Positions 46,140-60,100 of a stretch of DNA of 64,000 nt are shown here, in pieces (within the stretch, counting starts at the first letter, position 1; each line of letters starts with the position of its first letter). This DNA comes from Albugo candida (Eukaryota). The stretch lies in assembly GCA_040437565.1 (NCBI GenBank), contig JBDOQK010000013.1:496001-560000 (forward strand). The letters run 5' to 3'. The translations under genes and the position numbers were made by a program. The notes under the pieces are model-generated. The model was not told the origin of the DNA. It saw nothing but the letters and a program-made list of their open reading frames with translations, and made no database searches.

Positions 46140-49100
46140 CTGCAAACTCACGAGTGCGTGCAGGCCGGCGAGCTTGCGAGAATCGAGCGCCTTCGTCAAT
46201 CTGTCGGCGATCATCTAATTTGACGTTATTCAGTGGGGTACAATAACCCCACGTCCCGCTTGATCACACACGAACTTCACCCATATGTCGATGTTCTTTG
46301 CTTTAGCAGGTGATGACTCACCTTCCAGGTTCTTGATCGCAGCCTGATTGTCAATCATGATTGCCATCGGTATAGAAATGACCAAGCCCAGCTCCTGCAG
46401 CAATTGACGGAGACGAAGTAACTCTCGTGCCGCGTCAGAAGAAGCGACGAATTCATCTTCCGTCGTGAACAGCGAAACAACAACCTATTTCCTGCACATC
46501 CAGCTGAAAATCATGCCATTTTTACCACGACGTCTCTGGTCGACAACTTCCGATCCGCCTCGTCCGATGCAAAATCTGCATCGCTGAAGGACTCAAGATT
46601 CAGCGGAGGCCCATTGCTAGGGTCAGCGACCATGTGGATTTTGAGTGTCTTGCTCCCCTTCAGGTAACGTACGATGCGATTTTCAATATTCTAATCGCGA
46701 AAAACTTGGCTGATGTGTCTGTATTGTTGCCTTATGAACAGAGAAAGCAGTGTCAGGACGGGCGCAACGTGACAACTATAGCAGACTGACCACAAGAGAT
46801 TGAAAATTCCTGACTATTGACTGGACTTAACTCCCATGAACTGGCAGCAAATCTTCATTAACCAAGGATAACTCCTAGCTATCGTCACCAATATCGTGCG
46901 CAAGTCCATCCCAGAATCACAAAGAGGATGATCGATCGCCTCTTCCTGATTTAGGATGTATCCACCTCACTAAATAGTGTTGATGCGCATTCTCCAAGCT
47001 GCTTGATGGACAAGAACGAAAGAGTTTTGAAGAAATCTTGAATCAACTCAGCATTTGTCTTTGTTATGAGAGGATCATCTACATGTACCCCAACCACGAT
47101 GATGTTCTCGTCAATAGCCTTGTAATAAAGGCGCATTTCCGTGATACAGCGCCCATATCCAGCTTCAATAAGTTTCATACGAAGTAATTGCTTCACAATC
47201 GACCGGCCTACTTAAAAATTTATAGTGTCTTCTACAATTTCAGCACAAGTTTACTGCTGCTTCCAGCTCCAAACCCTTGGAGCTCTTGAAGTGTAAACAC
47301 CATCCCGCCTGGTACATATAGATAAATGCCCAGCCATTTTCTTTGTCTCCCTGGGCATAGACGTTTGGTACGTCGCCATGGTGAGAAGGAACGCCTTAAA
47401 TAACCACCAAAGCCAATACAAATTACACCGTTGACATGTCCATGACTGCGGCAAAACTTGGAAAGGAATCAACTACAAAATTTTGCTCATTTCCCCTAGT
47501 AACGAGTCGAGCTTTGAATCTCTCAATTTGCCTTCGGCTTCAGTATTCGTATTGAAACCTACTTGCTGTGCAGCACATTGCTGCCATGAGGTCCTTCAAT
47601 GACTCTGAAAACTTCTAGGCGAATCAAAGCAGATATTTCTTCTTTTATCGCTTTATTCCATTCTTGTGCCTTGGAGCTCTTCTTTGCTTCGCCATACTTA
47701 GCTTGATTCCGCTCGACAATGTGGTTCACCACTTTTTCAGATATCTCCTTTTGCTAGCCTAGCCAGTAATCATCAGAATTATTGTTGTCGAGCGCGCCAC
47801 ATACTGTGATCTCTGCCGAGCCTTTTTCTTCTTCAATTTCGTAACGGCGTGAGTTACTGGATCTGCAGCATCATCTGAAAAGGCAATTGTCTCGTCATAT
47901 CCTTCTGACGTCTCACCTCTATCGACTGAAGTCCACGCTGAACATGCGAGTTTTGTACTGCAGTCAAAGTCTCGATATTCTTGACATGCTGAGTAACAAT
48001 GACCAACCTTTCTTTTTCTAAATAGACGCAAAATACCTTCATCTCATCACTCTTGCCGATGATTATTCAACTTGCGCTCGCTTTTGTAGAGAATTCTTGC
48101 GCGGTCTCTGTACACAGTACCTGTTGCGCCAAAAGCCACAATCGAACTCAAATCTGGTACTTTCCCAGTCCTATTTGTGTTAGAGTGGGTCGGGCTTCGA
48201 TTAAGCACACACGCTGCGTACTTCACGGCATTTCCCCAGAAATAGTACGTCAATCCACACGCGATCATCATGCAAATGGCCAAGGTTAAATGACTCCTGT
48301 GCATCCACTGCATTTCCATTCGACGTCTGGTCTCTAGACTCAGATTGACGTGTAACACCGGTGTTCTTGCAAGATTATCGATATTTTTATATTCTTCACG
48401 GCCATCAGTGCGAAAAACATGAACTTGGCAGTTAATCATTTTCTCGAAAAAGTCTAAAAATGTTTTGATTTCTTAGCTGCCACGACCTTGGTCCTGGCTA
48501 GAAAAATGCGCAATTTGACTTGTGGTTAACGAAAATTATCAGGCATCGATTATCCGGTCGATCCTTCGGTGTCATCTGTCTTTCCAAGTCACTGCATATT
48601 ACTCCTCAAATTCTTGGCCGTGTCTTGCTTCGACTGATCGTTCTTTGTCTGCTTTCCCTGCGCGCATGTTGAATACTGGGACGTTCCTTGTCATTTAGCT
48701 GTATCCCTGATTGCGGGTCTTTAGACATCCGCTAGATAATGTCATACCACAAATGGGTCATACGTTGATGGAACAGCATCAGAGTGCCGACTTGCATGTC
48801 TTTATCATCACTGGCAGTCAATTCTTCATTACTTACCTCCTTAATTACATCAAGTGAGCTCATGATTGGGCGGTTCGATTCGGCTTGAACCACTAGCGCA
48901 TTATCGTTCATTTGTACATCAAACGCTGCCGCACCAGTCTTGAAATTTACAAGTGACCGAAAACCATTTACATATGACAGTTTAAACACCTTTTGCTTCA
49001 GTTTTCCATACGATATAATGTTCCTCCTGATCAATGGGGCAAGGTGGACACGGTATGAGGAACCCCAACCACAGTTACATGAAGCAGAGCTGAAGCAACC

Positions 49101-50400
49101 ATCGTGACATGAAGCGATTTTTCCATCTAGTAACATGCACTCGCTTTCACAGTCACGAGGTTCTTCAAGCACTCTCTCGTCGTTCACAAGATTTCGACAG
49201 GACCTCCTGTCCCAGAATCTATTGATCTTAAACAATTTTTCGATCATGAGCTACAGCGAAAGTCATATATACACAACGTTCGTGTCCTTTTTCTCTTTCC
49301 ACGACAATTGAGTGCAATTTGTCCAGATTTGTTGCAATTGTAACAAGTTCGCGTATCGTTTCGTGGCGGTGCTGCTACTACATGAAGCACGACATCCTTC
49401 CCGGTAGCCTTTCCATCACGCACATCAGATTCGATCGCTTGCGCAAATGCGCTAGCTCCTCGGTGTTTCGCAAATAATTCACACGATTCTTATCGTACTT
49501 GTCCATGAGCGCGTGTCGGAGGTCAGTTGATGCGTACTGGACGATATTTCGAGCACTAGAACGCTTCAGGTCCTTTCTCGCGCTAAGCAGCCTGGTTGCT
49601 TGAGCTTGAGTGATAGTCGTCCGAACAGTCTGGTGAAAACATTCCATGATGTATTGAAGCGTCTATTGCTGCTACCACCAGATTCCTAGTTGCTTGTGGT
49701 AATACTGCTACGCGGCGCCACTCAGGTAGTGACCCAAGAGGTCAGCCTTGACTTCTGACCACTCGAAACCACACGCCATCTGAGCCAACACTAGCTGTCG
49801 AACGAAACGATGACCCCAATCCAAATATTCAGAACCTAGCCCTTCGAAGAGCTCCTTTCTATCAAATGGGCGAATGCAATAGACACTCTAAGTCCAACCA
49901 ACTGAGAAGAATTATTATCTGAAGGTACGTTGGGCGGTATGGATGCTTGCTGCGGCACCTTAGTCTGAGGCACTGGTTGACCTTGCCTCTTGGCTGCATA
50001 TTCCTGATGCTGACGGTACATCGAGCTCTATAAAAGTGGCACCCTTGGTACTGGACCTCGGACAGGTGGCGTCGTGTGCAGGAGCGCACTCAGCTCCATG
50101 CGCGACGAGCCAAAACTTCTTCCAAACGCAGACTGAAATACACGGAATTCGTGAGCGCCCTTGATGCACTCGTCTTCTTCTCTCTTGAGCCGTGATATCT
50201 CCAGGTGACTCATTGATCTTGCATCGCTTTCAATGACTCTAGTATCCTAAGGATCACATCACTGGAGGGACCTCTCACCTCGCGAGCATCTATCCCTGCA
50301 CTCTCGCTGGGTGAATATATGTCGACCCGTATGCGGCAGTCTGATGTCATTTGCGTGTCCTCGGCGCGCGTGGATACGACAGACGTCTTTGAGAGCATAA
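46140..50400 (-). mobile_element. Degenerate Ty1/copia LTR retrotransposon (gag-protease-integrase-RT-RNase H)
   Basis: Gag zinc-knuckle remnant (TCYNCNKSGQ, about 49340); protease/GAG-pre (RRNIISYGKL, FHQRMTH); integrase (FRTDG, FWGNAVKYAACVLNRSPT); RT (KARLV, VGVHVDD); RNase H (VSLFTTEDEFV, DNQAAI, MIADRLTKAL); LTRs not found. Confidence 0.9.
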
Positions 50401-50409
50401 CCTATTAAT

Positions 50410-51600
50410 TCCTGCTGCCTCTGTGTTTAAGTGCAAAAATGTGAAACTGCTATCAAATTTTATCATGAGCATTTCCTATGTATCCTGTCCGCATACAAAA
50501 TTCAACATCGCGCACCATTTTAGATAGCACGATCATCAAATGACGTCATACATATCGGCCATCTTTCAACAGAATTACATCATGAAGCTGCTACTCGTAA
50601 TACGAGTACGGAGAATGTATAGTACAATCTTGGAATGGTGGGTGAACCTTATCAGACGTTTCGTAAATCATTTGCTACATTTTTCGACATCCGAAGTCTT
50701 CAAGACGTTTTTCGAGAAAGTGACACATGGCCAACCAAGGAAGATTTCGTCGACATTTATTACAACGACGAAGAGCTGAACGCATCGGATATGGACGAAG
50801 AAAACTTATTGAGTCGAATTGACAATGAAGTCACTAAGGTATTACAGCGTATCCACTCGACGATTGGTGTTATCACCACTTGAATCCAACCAAACAAAAC
50901 TGGCAACTCGTTTTCCGCGGTAACACAAAGCACGGATGGAAAGCATTATTTTCCATCTATTCCACGCTCTCAACTTTCACGAATCGTCGGGAAACCCTCT
51001 CCAACCAACCAAGCGTCATCCGATATTGACGCATTGGCCATGACGGGAGCGATCGCACGCACAGGATTCAGAACATTTATGGCTACATAACGGCATCTTT
51101 GTAAACGTGTCGTACCAACTATAGAAGATCTACACTTTCGCTGGCCTTTAGGATGTTACCCGTTCGATCTCTTTTCTAAATTTCAAAGAATATTCAACCC
51201 GACATTATATTGTGCACACAACTTTCGTGTGGCGCAGTTGAATACGATCAACATCTCTTTCACGAGTGCGATAACAAATAAAAATAATTGAGTGAGCTTT
51301 GACTAGTTGGGATCAGTTTTGCTCATCACTACCACGTTAGACGCATATTGCATGTGCAATTGTGCCAGCACTACGGTCGGCATAGAAGGAATACCCGCAA
51401 ATCATATCCGATTTATGCCTTGAATTGTAAGCGGGGACGCTGCAATTCGTCTGGACCGGTCGAAAATCGACGTTTTTTCGATCAGCGATTAGTAACTCCG
51501 ACAGTTCCAGCACTTTCCAGGATTCACATCACGTTTGTTGGGCCCTTTCGGTAATTTTAAAGACAGTACTACGATTAAGACAAATGCATTCGGCTTGCAA
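50410..51600 (+). mobile_element. 3' portion of a degenerate LINE ORF2 with C-terminal Cys/His zinc motif
   Basis: Starts with a diverged copy of LINE sequence 45954-46108; carries the CTQLSCGAVEYDQHLFHEC zinc-knuckle remnant near 51210-51270. Confidence 0.7.
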
Positions 51601-51949
51601 AGATGTTGGATCAACTCGCAACGTAAAGATCACTCGGTGATTTGTTGAAAGTCGAAGATTATTTACTGCAGGCACGACACAGGCAAGTCGAAATGCAAGT
51701 GCAACTCAAATCCTAGTTCTAGTTGGAAGGCTCTGTTCAGCCTAGTATGGCGTCCACCAATTTGCGCAACACGATAATTTTGGACAGTTCCAAATTTATA
51801 TCATTTCCACGCTGGACACAGTCTCGTATTGTGGTGGTGGAAGCTACCGCAATACAGGACTATCAAGGAGAGGACCTATTATCATCTTTCAGAGGTACTT
51901 TCACGAAACGTTTTTTCCAAGGACTACGGTGCACGGCACTTATGACCAT

Positions 51950-53150
51950 GAACAGGTGAGTGAATGACCAAATTCTGAAAATTAATCAATACAAAGGGGT
52001 CTCACCACTTGAATGGACCGATTCAGTAATGTATAGGGGTCCTACCACCTGAACCATACTGAACGAGGCTTTGCCACTGCATCCGAGCTTCTGTGCTTCA
52101 CTCCCACATTGCCGCGTCCTACTAAACCTCATCAAAAAATGAAGGCTAGGTCCAAACTGGCTGTGGAAAGTAAGCCTCGAAAGATGGAGGATCGTGCTTT
52201 GGCTGTGTCTGATAGCTCTGATGAGCCAGCTGTAGTTCACACGACTAGTACTTGTTTCTGAGTGAGGGATAGGACGCTGAAGAAGAAGAAGCTGAAGGCG
52301 TTGCAAAAAACATTCAAAGAACATTTCTGGCGACATTGAGAGACGCGTAGCCAGTCGCATCGTGGAATAGACCTTCGCGCTAGTTGATAAATCGACACGC
52401 ACCGCAAGATAAAAAACCGCCGCAAACAGACGAGCTACCGATGGTTGCTGACCTCTGACTAACTACTGGGAACATGGTGAAGTGAACACAAACCAGGCTG
52501 ATGAAGCGCAAGCAACGGAGACCGAAAATGTTCAGGATCTTGCACCAGACAGTGATGAAGGAGACGAGTCTCTGTGGTCAGAGAGAGCACTGGACACTGC
52601 CATTGACGAGTTCTTGGATGCCATTCCATTGGAAGAACGCCCGGGTTCACTACCACTAAAAAATCCTCATGAGGCGAATGACGTTTGTGTGGTTACGATG
52701 CTACAGGAGTAGACCCTTATACGATACTCCTGCTCTCATCAACACTTGTTGAATCGCTGAATCGTTTGTTCGGCACTGAAGAAGATAATGCCTGGTCAAT
52801 GTCGCAGCTTCCCGGTATCAAATTTGCTGCGATAGGTTTTGGCAATCAAACTATGCGTGCGAACTTCGTAATATAATTAATCATAATAATAATTTTTTCT
52901 GTAGCTGCGTTGATCGTCGGAAAGCGCAGCCACATCAGAATTTCGTAGAATAAAGTGACGGCAAATGTAAAAGCATAAGACGGTAGAGTAGATGAATTTG
53001 ACGATGAAACGAATGGACACGAAGAGAAGCAGCGTTTGCTATACCAATTAGATGCACAACGCAACCCAGAAAAATGTGACGTGCGTTTATCACCAGTAAA
53101 TGAAAAACTGAGTTCTTTCGTATAAATAAGAAGTAGAAGGAGGTGCATCC
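51950..53150 (+). mobile_element. Probable degenerate retroelement ORF1-like fragment
   Basis: Broken Lys-rich and acidic coding-like frames (KKKKLKALQK, DEGDESLWSE...DEFLD) in a TE cluster; family not determinable. Confidence 0.3.
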
Positions 53151-54086
53151 ACGACTAATCATATAGGAACTCAAACAAAATAAGCTATTCTAGTTCCACT
53201 TATAGAGGTAAGCAATGATGGCCTTTTATGCAGATCTAAACGATCCAGCGAAACGATAAGTTACTTGATGGTCCTGTTCGATGCATGTAAGAAAAGAATC
53301 GAATCAAGTATCGTGTGGCTGATGACTAGATCAAGCGGAGTCTTTCCATACGCGTCATTGTGAAAGTGTATTACCATGTATGTATTTGGTTTCTCGGTAA
53401 GCATTGTAAAAGATTACTACTCCCTGTACCATTCATGCTTGCAAAGTCCGTTTTAGATAATTCGTAGCTTTGCCAGTTCGTTTACTAAACGAGGTGTGCA
53501 ATCTTACTGTAATGGTGAAAACGATTACTTTTGCCGTTCAGCATGAATATTTGCGAAAACATAGATAGAATGCACGTGCTGCTGAAGATGATGATACGAG
53601 TTTATATGGTGCACCTTAAATCGGACCGATTATCTGAGAAAAATCCTCCGTAATGTCAGCAAATAGCCCTATTGGATAAAAAGTGAGAGGCGAACTTAGG
53701 ACCTAAGTTGACAAAAGCACACTTTTTGTTAAGACTCTGCTTCTAAAGTATTGACTAAGCAAGGTGAATGATTACGTAAGCTCTCAGCTCTAGAAAGTTG
53801 CAAGTTTCCTTACATGTTCTCAAAAGACAAATCATATAGTAAGCTATTTTATATAAAATCCAAGTTGTTAACCTAACGAGGCAAAGAATATGATTACGGT
53901 AGTGGACACCTATGTGTCTTACCTGCATGTTTACGGTTCGCTTCCATGCTCGCAAAGTACGCATTCGATACTTCGCAGACGTTACCAATCTATTGACTTA
54001 GCGAGGTGTGCAACGTCTTGTGCCACTTCCCAAAGTGCAGCCTAACCCAATGAACTGGTGGTTTTAACCACCATGAAAGATTGAAA

Positions 54087-55404
54087 CAGTAGCCTACAAA
54101 AAGTATACGTTATTTTTCATATGAGGGTTAAATTATCGCTTCAACCTTGATAAAGAATCAATTTTTTGATGATCAAATAGCCACAATGATTCTAAAACAA
54201 TGTTCAAGGCTGACAATGAAGTCTATTAGAAGTCGTTGCTACAGTATTTATATTCCGGAATTGTAGTGTTCGTCGAAATTGTGCGTGCCATTAGGGAGGG
54301 TTTGCCAGCGAGTTGATCCACCATTGGCAGCAAGAACAGCATCCATTCGTCTTGGCATTGACTCTACTGGACATCGAAGCATCTCGAGTGATACCTTGCG
54401 GTATTCCTCACCAAGTATGGTAGCCATTTCTTCTACGTTTTTTGGCCGGCGCGGTTCTGGATGGCATCTTCAAGATGCTTCCACAGGTTTTTGATGGGGT
54501 TGAGAGTAGGACTTTGGGCAGGCCATTCTAGCTTTGTAAGCGACCGCTTTTCACGCCAGGTCTTTGATGCACTACTACAGTGGACTGGCGCACCATCCTC
54601 CATTAGGATTAGGTCTTTCTTGTCATCCTGGTAGTCCATCCATGGTCCAAGTGCAGCGTCATAGATCAGATTGACAAAGTCGGTGGCAGTGCGATGTTGG
54701 GCTGGCATGATGACCATCTGTAGAATCCTCTAACCAGCAAAAGAACCCCAGATCATCACCGAGGACCGTCCACTCCTAAATACTGGCGCCAAACACTCAA
54801 AATTGAACTAGTCATCCACGCGACGCCACATAACAGCCTAACGAGAATTCTTGCCAATCTCAAAGGTGAACTCGTCGGTCTAAATAACCTTCTTTCAGTC
54901 CTCTATTGTCCAATTTTTTAATTCCGAGCACAAACCAGTCTCTTAACCTTGTAACTATCCGTCAAAAAAAGCTTCCTGGCGGCAATGTGGCTATTTAAGC
55001 CCATTTTATGGAGGGCGCTACGGATTGTTCGCGATTTATGCTAGTGGCACCTGCCGGTTGTGCATCACAGTGCGCCCAATATACCTGCGGTCCCGTTCTG
55101 AGAGCTTTGGTGGTCTTCCTCTTGACTTGGTACCCTCCACCGTACCCCTTTTAAGCCAGTTCTGTAACACTGTCGAAATGGTTGACTGGGTTAACCCTTT
55201 TTGGGCAGTGATTTCTCGCTGTTTCAAACCTGCCTGATGCAATCTGACAATGAAAGCTTTCTCATCAGTGCTTAAACAAAGTGTCTTCATATTTCACAAA
55301 TGGTTTGATGTCGGAAGCACAAAGTAATATGGCTAGATAGTCTCTTATCTTATTTTCTGTGGTGTGGATTTTAGAAAATAACGTATACTTTTTGTAGGCT
55401 ACTG
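54087..55404 (-). mobile_element. Tc1-family DNA transposon, full length (1318 bp), with inactivated DD34E transposase
   Basis: Perfect 30-bp TIRs CAGTAGCCTACAAAAAGTATACGTTATTTT (54087-54116 and 55375-55404); TA at the right end, AA at the left; HTH and GRPPKLSERD, TDE, MEDGAPVH, WPAQSPTLNPIKNLW, MPRRMDAVLAANG; stops and frameshifts. Confidence 0.95.
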
Positions 55405-56369
55405 TACATTATAATCCAATTACGTTCGACAGTCAGCACGAAGAAGATTCAACAAGTACAAGGTTATTGCATCGCCCTGCTTGGTTTTACACCAATGTAT
55501 CACTTTGTCATGAGTGGTGCATAAATGACAATGCGTCGTGTACAGGACGAAGGTAAGGAACCTGTTAGGGGGTTACATATGGATATAGCGTGGGTGAGGA
55601 CACAGAATGCGCCGGAGGATAAAATTGTGATGGCGTTTTATCACAATGGTGTCTCTGATCGTACGACTCTATTCACACGCTGCTGGCCTGGCATGCCATT
55701 TGATCTGCGTCTGGGATCTACATAGACACTTCCCAATATGTACGCCACTTTACTTCCAGATGGTGTCCTATTCTCTCTATGTTCCAGACCGCACGGTCAA
55801 TTTTGAGAATGATATATCAGATTGTCGGCATTGTCATTTTTNNNNNNNNNNNNNNNNNNNNNNNNNNNNNNNNNNNNNNNNNNNNNNNNNNNNNNNNNNN
55901 NNNNNNNNNNNNNNNNNNNNNNNNNNNNNNNNNNNNNNNNNTACGACTCTATTCACACGCTGCTGGCCTGGCATGCCATTTGATCTGCGTCTGGGATCTA
56001 CATAGACACTTCCCAATATGTACGCCACTTTACTTCCAGATGGTGTCCTATTCTCTCTATGTTCCAGACCGCACGGTCAATTTTGAGAATGATATATCAG
56101 ATTGTCGGCATTGTCATTTTTGAAATTGCAAACGCTATACAAGGAAAGAAAGATTCTATATGGAAAAAACTCTGGTGTGAAAACTCTTCATGCCAACCTA
56201 TTCATTGATATGGCTCCTAAAGAAATCTATTCATTTGAATGGGATAAGAATATGATCTTGATTAAGATGCCACCTCATCGGAGACGAGTGCAAGCCTAGT
56301 GTATGATGTTATGAGAGAAAGGCCTTCATGATAGATCAAAACATTCAGCAATGCTGGACGGCTTGAATA

Positions 56370-57100
56370 GTGTTAAGAGTATGTGAAGAGACAGAAGACG
56401 GTCTATCAAGGTGTTTTTCCTATCCTGCATTGAAGATTGCTCGAGTTATTATACACTCGGACGACAATGATTAGAGAGAGTAGGAGGAGTCGTATCCTTA
56501 AAGTGATAATCGTCGTGGACAAGTTACGGTCATTGTTAAAGTGTGTGAGAAGGCGCAACAACAGCACTTAAGTGACGAATCTGTTACGAATNNNNNNNNN
56601 NNNNNNNNNNNNNNNNNNNNNNNNNNNNNNNNNNNNNNNNNNNNNNNNNNNNNNNNNNNNNNNNNNNNNNNNNNNNNNNNNNNNNNNNNNNAGTTATTAT
56701 ACACTCGGACGACAATGATTAGAGAGAGTAGGAGGAGTCGTATCCTTAAAGTGATAAGCGTCGTGGACAAGTTACGGTCATTGTTAAAGTGTGTGAGAAG
56801 GCGCAACAACAGCACTTAAGTGACGAATCTGTTACGAATAGATTCGTAACAAGAGGAAGCTACGCGTCCGAATAGTTCGCGACGCGAAGAAGTCTTCCAG
56901 GCTTTGACTGGCTATTAATCAGGGAGGGGGTGCAAAATAGCAAAGGGTGTGTGCGTGTGTGTACATATAGCAGTGGCCTTATTATAATGTAACAAGTACA
57001 AACCATTGCTCATTGCATATAAATTATTATCATGAAAGTTTTCACGGCGGCAGCAAGTCCGTATTAGCGGAATCTAGTCTTCGCTTACGCCTAATATACT
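56370..57100. repeat. LTR-like remnant with internal palindrome
   Basis: TGTTACGAAT-AG-ATTCGTAACA inverted repeat at 56830-56851, purine run AGGGAGGGGG and a GT tract; no coding capacity; boundaries uncertain. Confidence 0.35.
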
Positions 57101-60100
57101 ATTCATGGTGATTGTGCTGTCGGTCACATAATATCCCAACACTGAGCTTAAGACGATGTGTGCTGCATAGATAATAATTTTCCACGTGCGTTTCAGCATC
57201 GAGCTCAGGGCATACGCCTCCCTGCCGAAGTGATAAACGGCAGCAATCGATCAAAACGAGCATCTCACGCCAAATCCCTATCATCGCTTGTTTAATATAA
57301 GTATCTTGATACCAAACAAGAAGTAGGGACAAAATTTTGCTGGAATGTGATTTTTTGTGCTTGTAAATATCTGGTCAGAACACTTTCGTGCACAAATAGT
57401 ACTGCTTGACTACCTTTCCATTAAGGGTAGAACATATCCGGGTATAATGATTTTGATTTTTTTGCAAACTCCTATCCTTGCACAGGCAATGGCCAAACTC
57501 ATTAGGTCACACATTCCCCTTTAAAAGCGTGCGTACTTCTGATATCTATTTCACTATTGCATAGCGGTCTAGAAGACACCACTTGGTACGAATAATCTGA
57601 CATAAAGCATGTAGACTGAGAATTTTTGTGTGCTTAAAAATCTAAAAAGCGAGAAGCAAAAGTATATAATTCATGTGTACTAAGAAACAAACTTCACTAC
57701 ATCAAAAGCGATTGAGTATGTTTATCGTGGTCGGAGAAGACAAACTTTGATATCACATAGGTACAGCCTGCGTCAGATTAGTATGACTTGGCAGAGTAAA
57801 CGCCACGAAATAAAAAGCATTTCAAATGCCCACAAAAGAACAAATGCTCACCAGGCGGTATCAAGTACGACTGTTTCGACTGACACATAGTCTTCGATTC
57901 TGTCGATCTCCTACTAGACTATATGGACTTCGTGTCATAATATGAGGAGGTGATCGATCAGGAAATACAGTGAGGTTTGTGATATCAAATCATGTAACAG
58001 CTTACTGTCTCTTTTCAAGGCACTGTATTGTCCTTTAAAGCTAGTCAGCACTGCGCCCGACATTGGCTGAACAATGTCGATCAAACCTCGCTTATTATAA
58101 TATATTATGTACTCTGCATCCATAAATTCAAGAACGTACGAACCCAATTAAGATTCACATGGCCCGCTTGTCCAGCTCTCCACCTCCGAACTCGGAGCCT
58201 CTAAAACATTCATTGACACTTCTATAACGCGATTCCGTGACGCAATACTTTTATGTTAAATCGCCATCCTCAAGACATAGTTTGTCACCAAACACAAGGG
58301 CGCAGCATATGCTGGAAACAATTCATATTTCACTTCCATGCGCATTACTTTGTCGCCGGCAGAGTGCTCGAAATATTTCTTCTACGATGACAAGCGTTAT
58401 CGCTAAAGTGACAATCAATAAAACGTCGCCCGGATGTATACACTCCATGATTTTGAGAGGTTTCCTTGAATTATTTGATAGATGCATCATTTCGTCTATT
58501 AAGTAGACCAAAGGTACTCAACTTTCCATTATGTCTTCATAATCCAGCTTTTACTTGTTCCTGAAACAACTCGCCAAATTCGCCAGGAGAGCCTCAATAG
58601 CTCCAGAAAACTACTCACTTCACGATAGTGAATTCAGAAGCATTCTAATTCGCTACAATCACATAACATTATCGATTTTTAACTCGGCGNNNNNNNNNNN
58701 NNNNNNNNNNNNNNNNNNNNNNNNNNNNNNNNNNNNNNNNNNNNNNNNNNNNNNNNNNNNNNNNNNNNNNNNNNNNNNNNNNNNNNNNNTAACATTATCG
58801 ATTTTTAACTCGGCGCTTATAGTCGAAATTGAGACAGGATTTTGAAAATGTTTTTCTCGAGAGAACGACCTCGTCGAGTCTTTTATAGTACTTAACGATT
58901 CTAGAGAATTTCATCCACCTAAGCAGCATTTAATTTCGCACGATCCGTACTAGAACTTGTCATCAGGTTTTGTTTTGTAGGCTTTCTTTCCATGCCGGCC
59001 GACCTGACATATATCAATAAAATGGCCGTGATGCAGCTTCCGCCGGACCATTCTGCCAATATATTACCATATATTTCTCTTGTGGTTCAACCGTTTCACT
59101 TTTTCCCTTCATCGTATCCAAAAAGAAACGAGTGTTTTTCGTCGAACGGTGCAAGATCGCGAGAATTCGCGCACGTTGACCAATATCTTTTCACGGAATC
59201 TTTCGAGTCATTTTTATCCTAATCTATTAGCACCCCCTGGTCATTTTCTCTTCTTGAATGAAAATTGAGTTTGTTTCCAGTAACAATCATTGACTTTATC
59301 TGTCCCTGACGAAAAAAATTAACAAAGTAAACATTCATACAACTTAAATCTAGTTGTACCTGACACTTTTCGTGTACTTCTAAGAAGCGAAATCTAGCCA
59401 ACAGACAAGTCGAACGTTTCTACATATTTATAGCGGAGTTCTCTTGCTTCTGTAATCGTATATTTCGGTCTTGCACATGCGATACAATACGAGTGTCTGT
59501 GATTAGTTTGCAGAGCGTCAAAACATTTAATGGCAATAAAAACCTTTTTTTGGCAACTACACAACATTTAGCTATACCACCATATTTGACTGTAACAACG
59601 AGACGTAATAACGGTATTTGAGCTTTTGACTGCACGCATTCCTTCCCACTGGAACTTAGCTTATCACTTATTTAAACTTCCGTTCGCTAGCATAGTGCAA
59701 ACAATGCAACTTCCGCACGGACGACTTCTTCTTTGAGTTTTATCTCACTTCTCGTTCCAATATGCATATCTCATTCAATCTTCGTCTTCTTACACTTACG
59801 AGCTGCCACACCTATGCCTTATTTATGGCACTCATATATATTGACAAGATTCGATTGTAGGCACCATTCCTGTATCCACTGCGTAATAGAAATTCAACTT
59901 CTATGATTCAGTTACCAGACATCACCTCTGGTCTGTCAAATAATCCAGTCAATTATCGTGAAGCTCAGCAAATTAATCAACCAAATCAAGAAACTATTGT
60001 ATAAGAAAAGGTAGGCAGGCGGCCCTGATTCTTATGTCTACTCTCACCATACTTCACACGCCTGACTCCGTGGTGCATCCGACAGAACGTTTTCAAGGCG

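Noticed and set aside
55525-56299. Short plus-strand ORFs after the Tc1 element
   Set aside because: Fragmented, gap-duplicated and without a recognisable motif; cannot be called.
56445-56840. Direct repeats that might suggest a CRISPR-like or satellite array
   Set aside because: Only two copies around a gap, in a eukaryotic context, with no repeat-spacer structure or cas genes.
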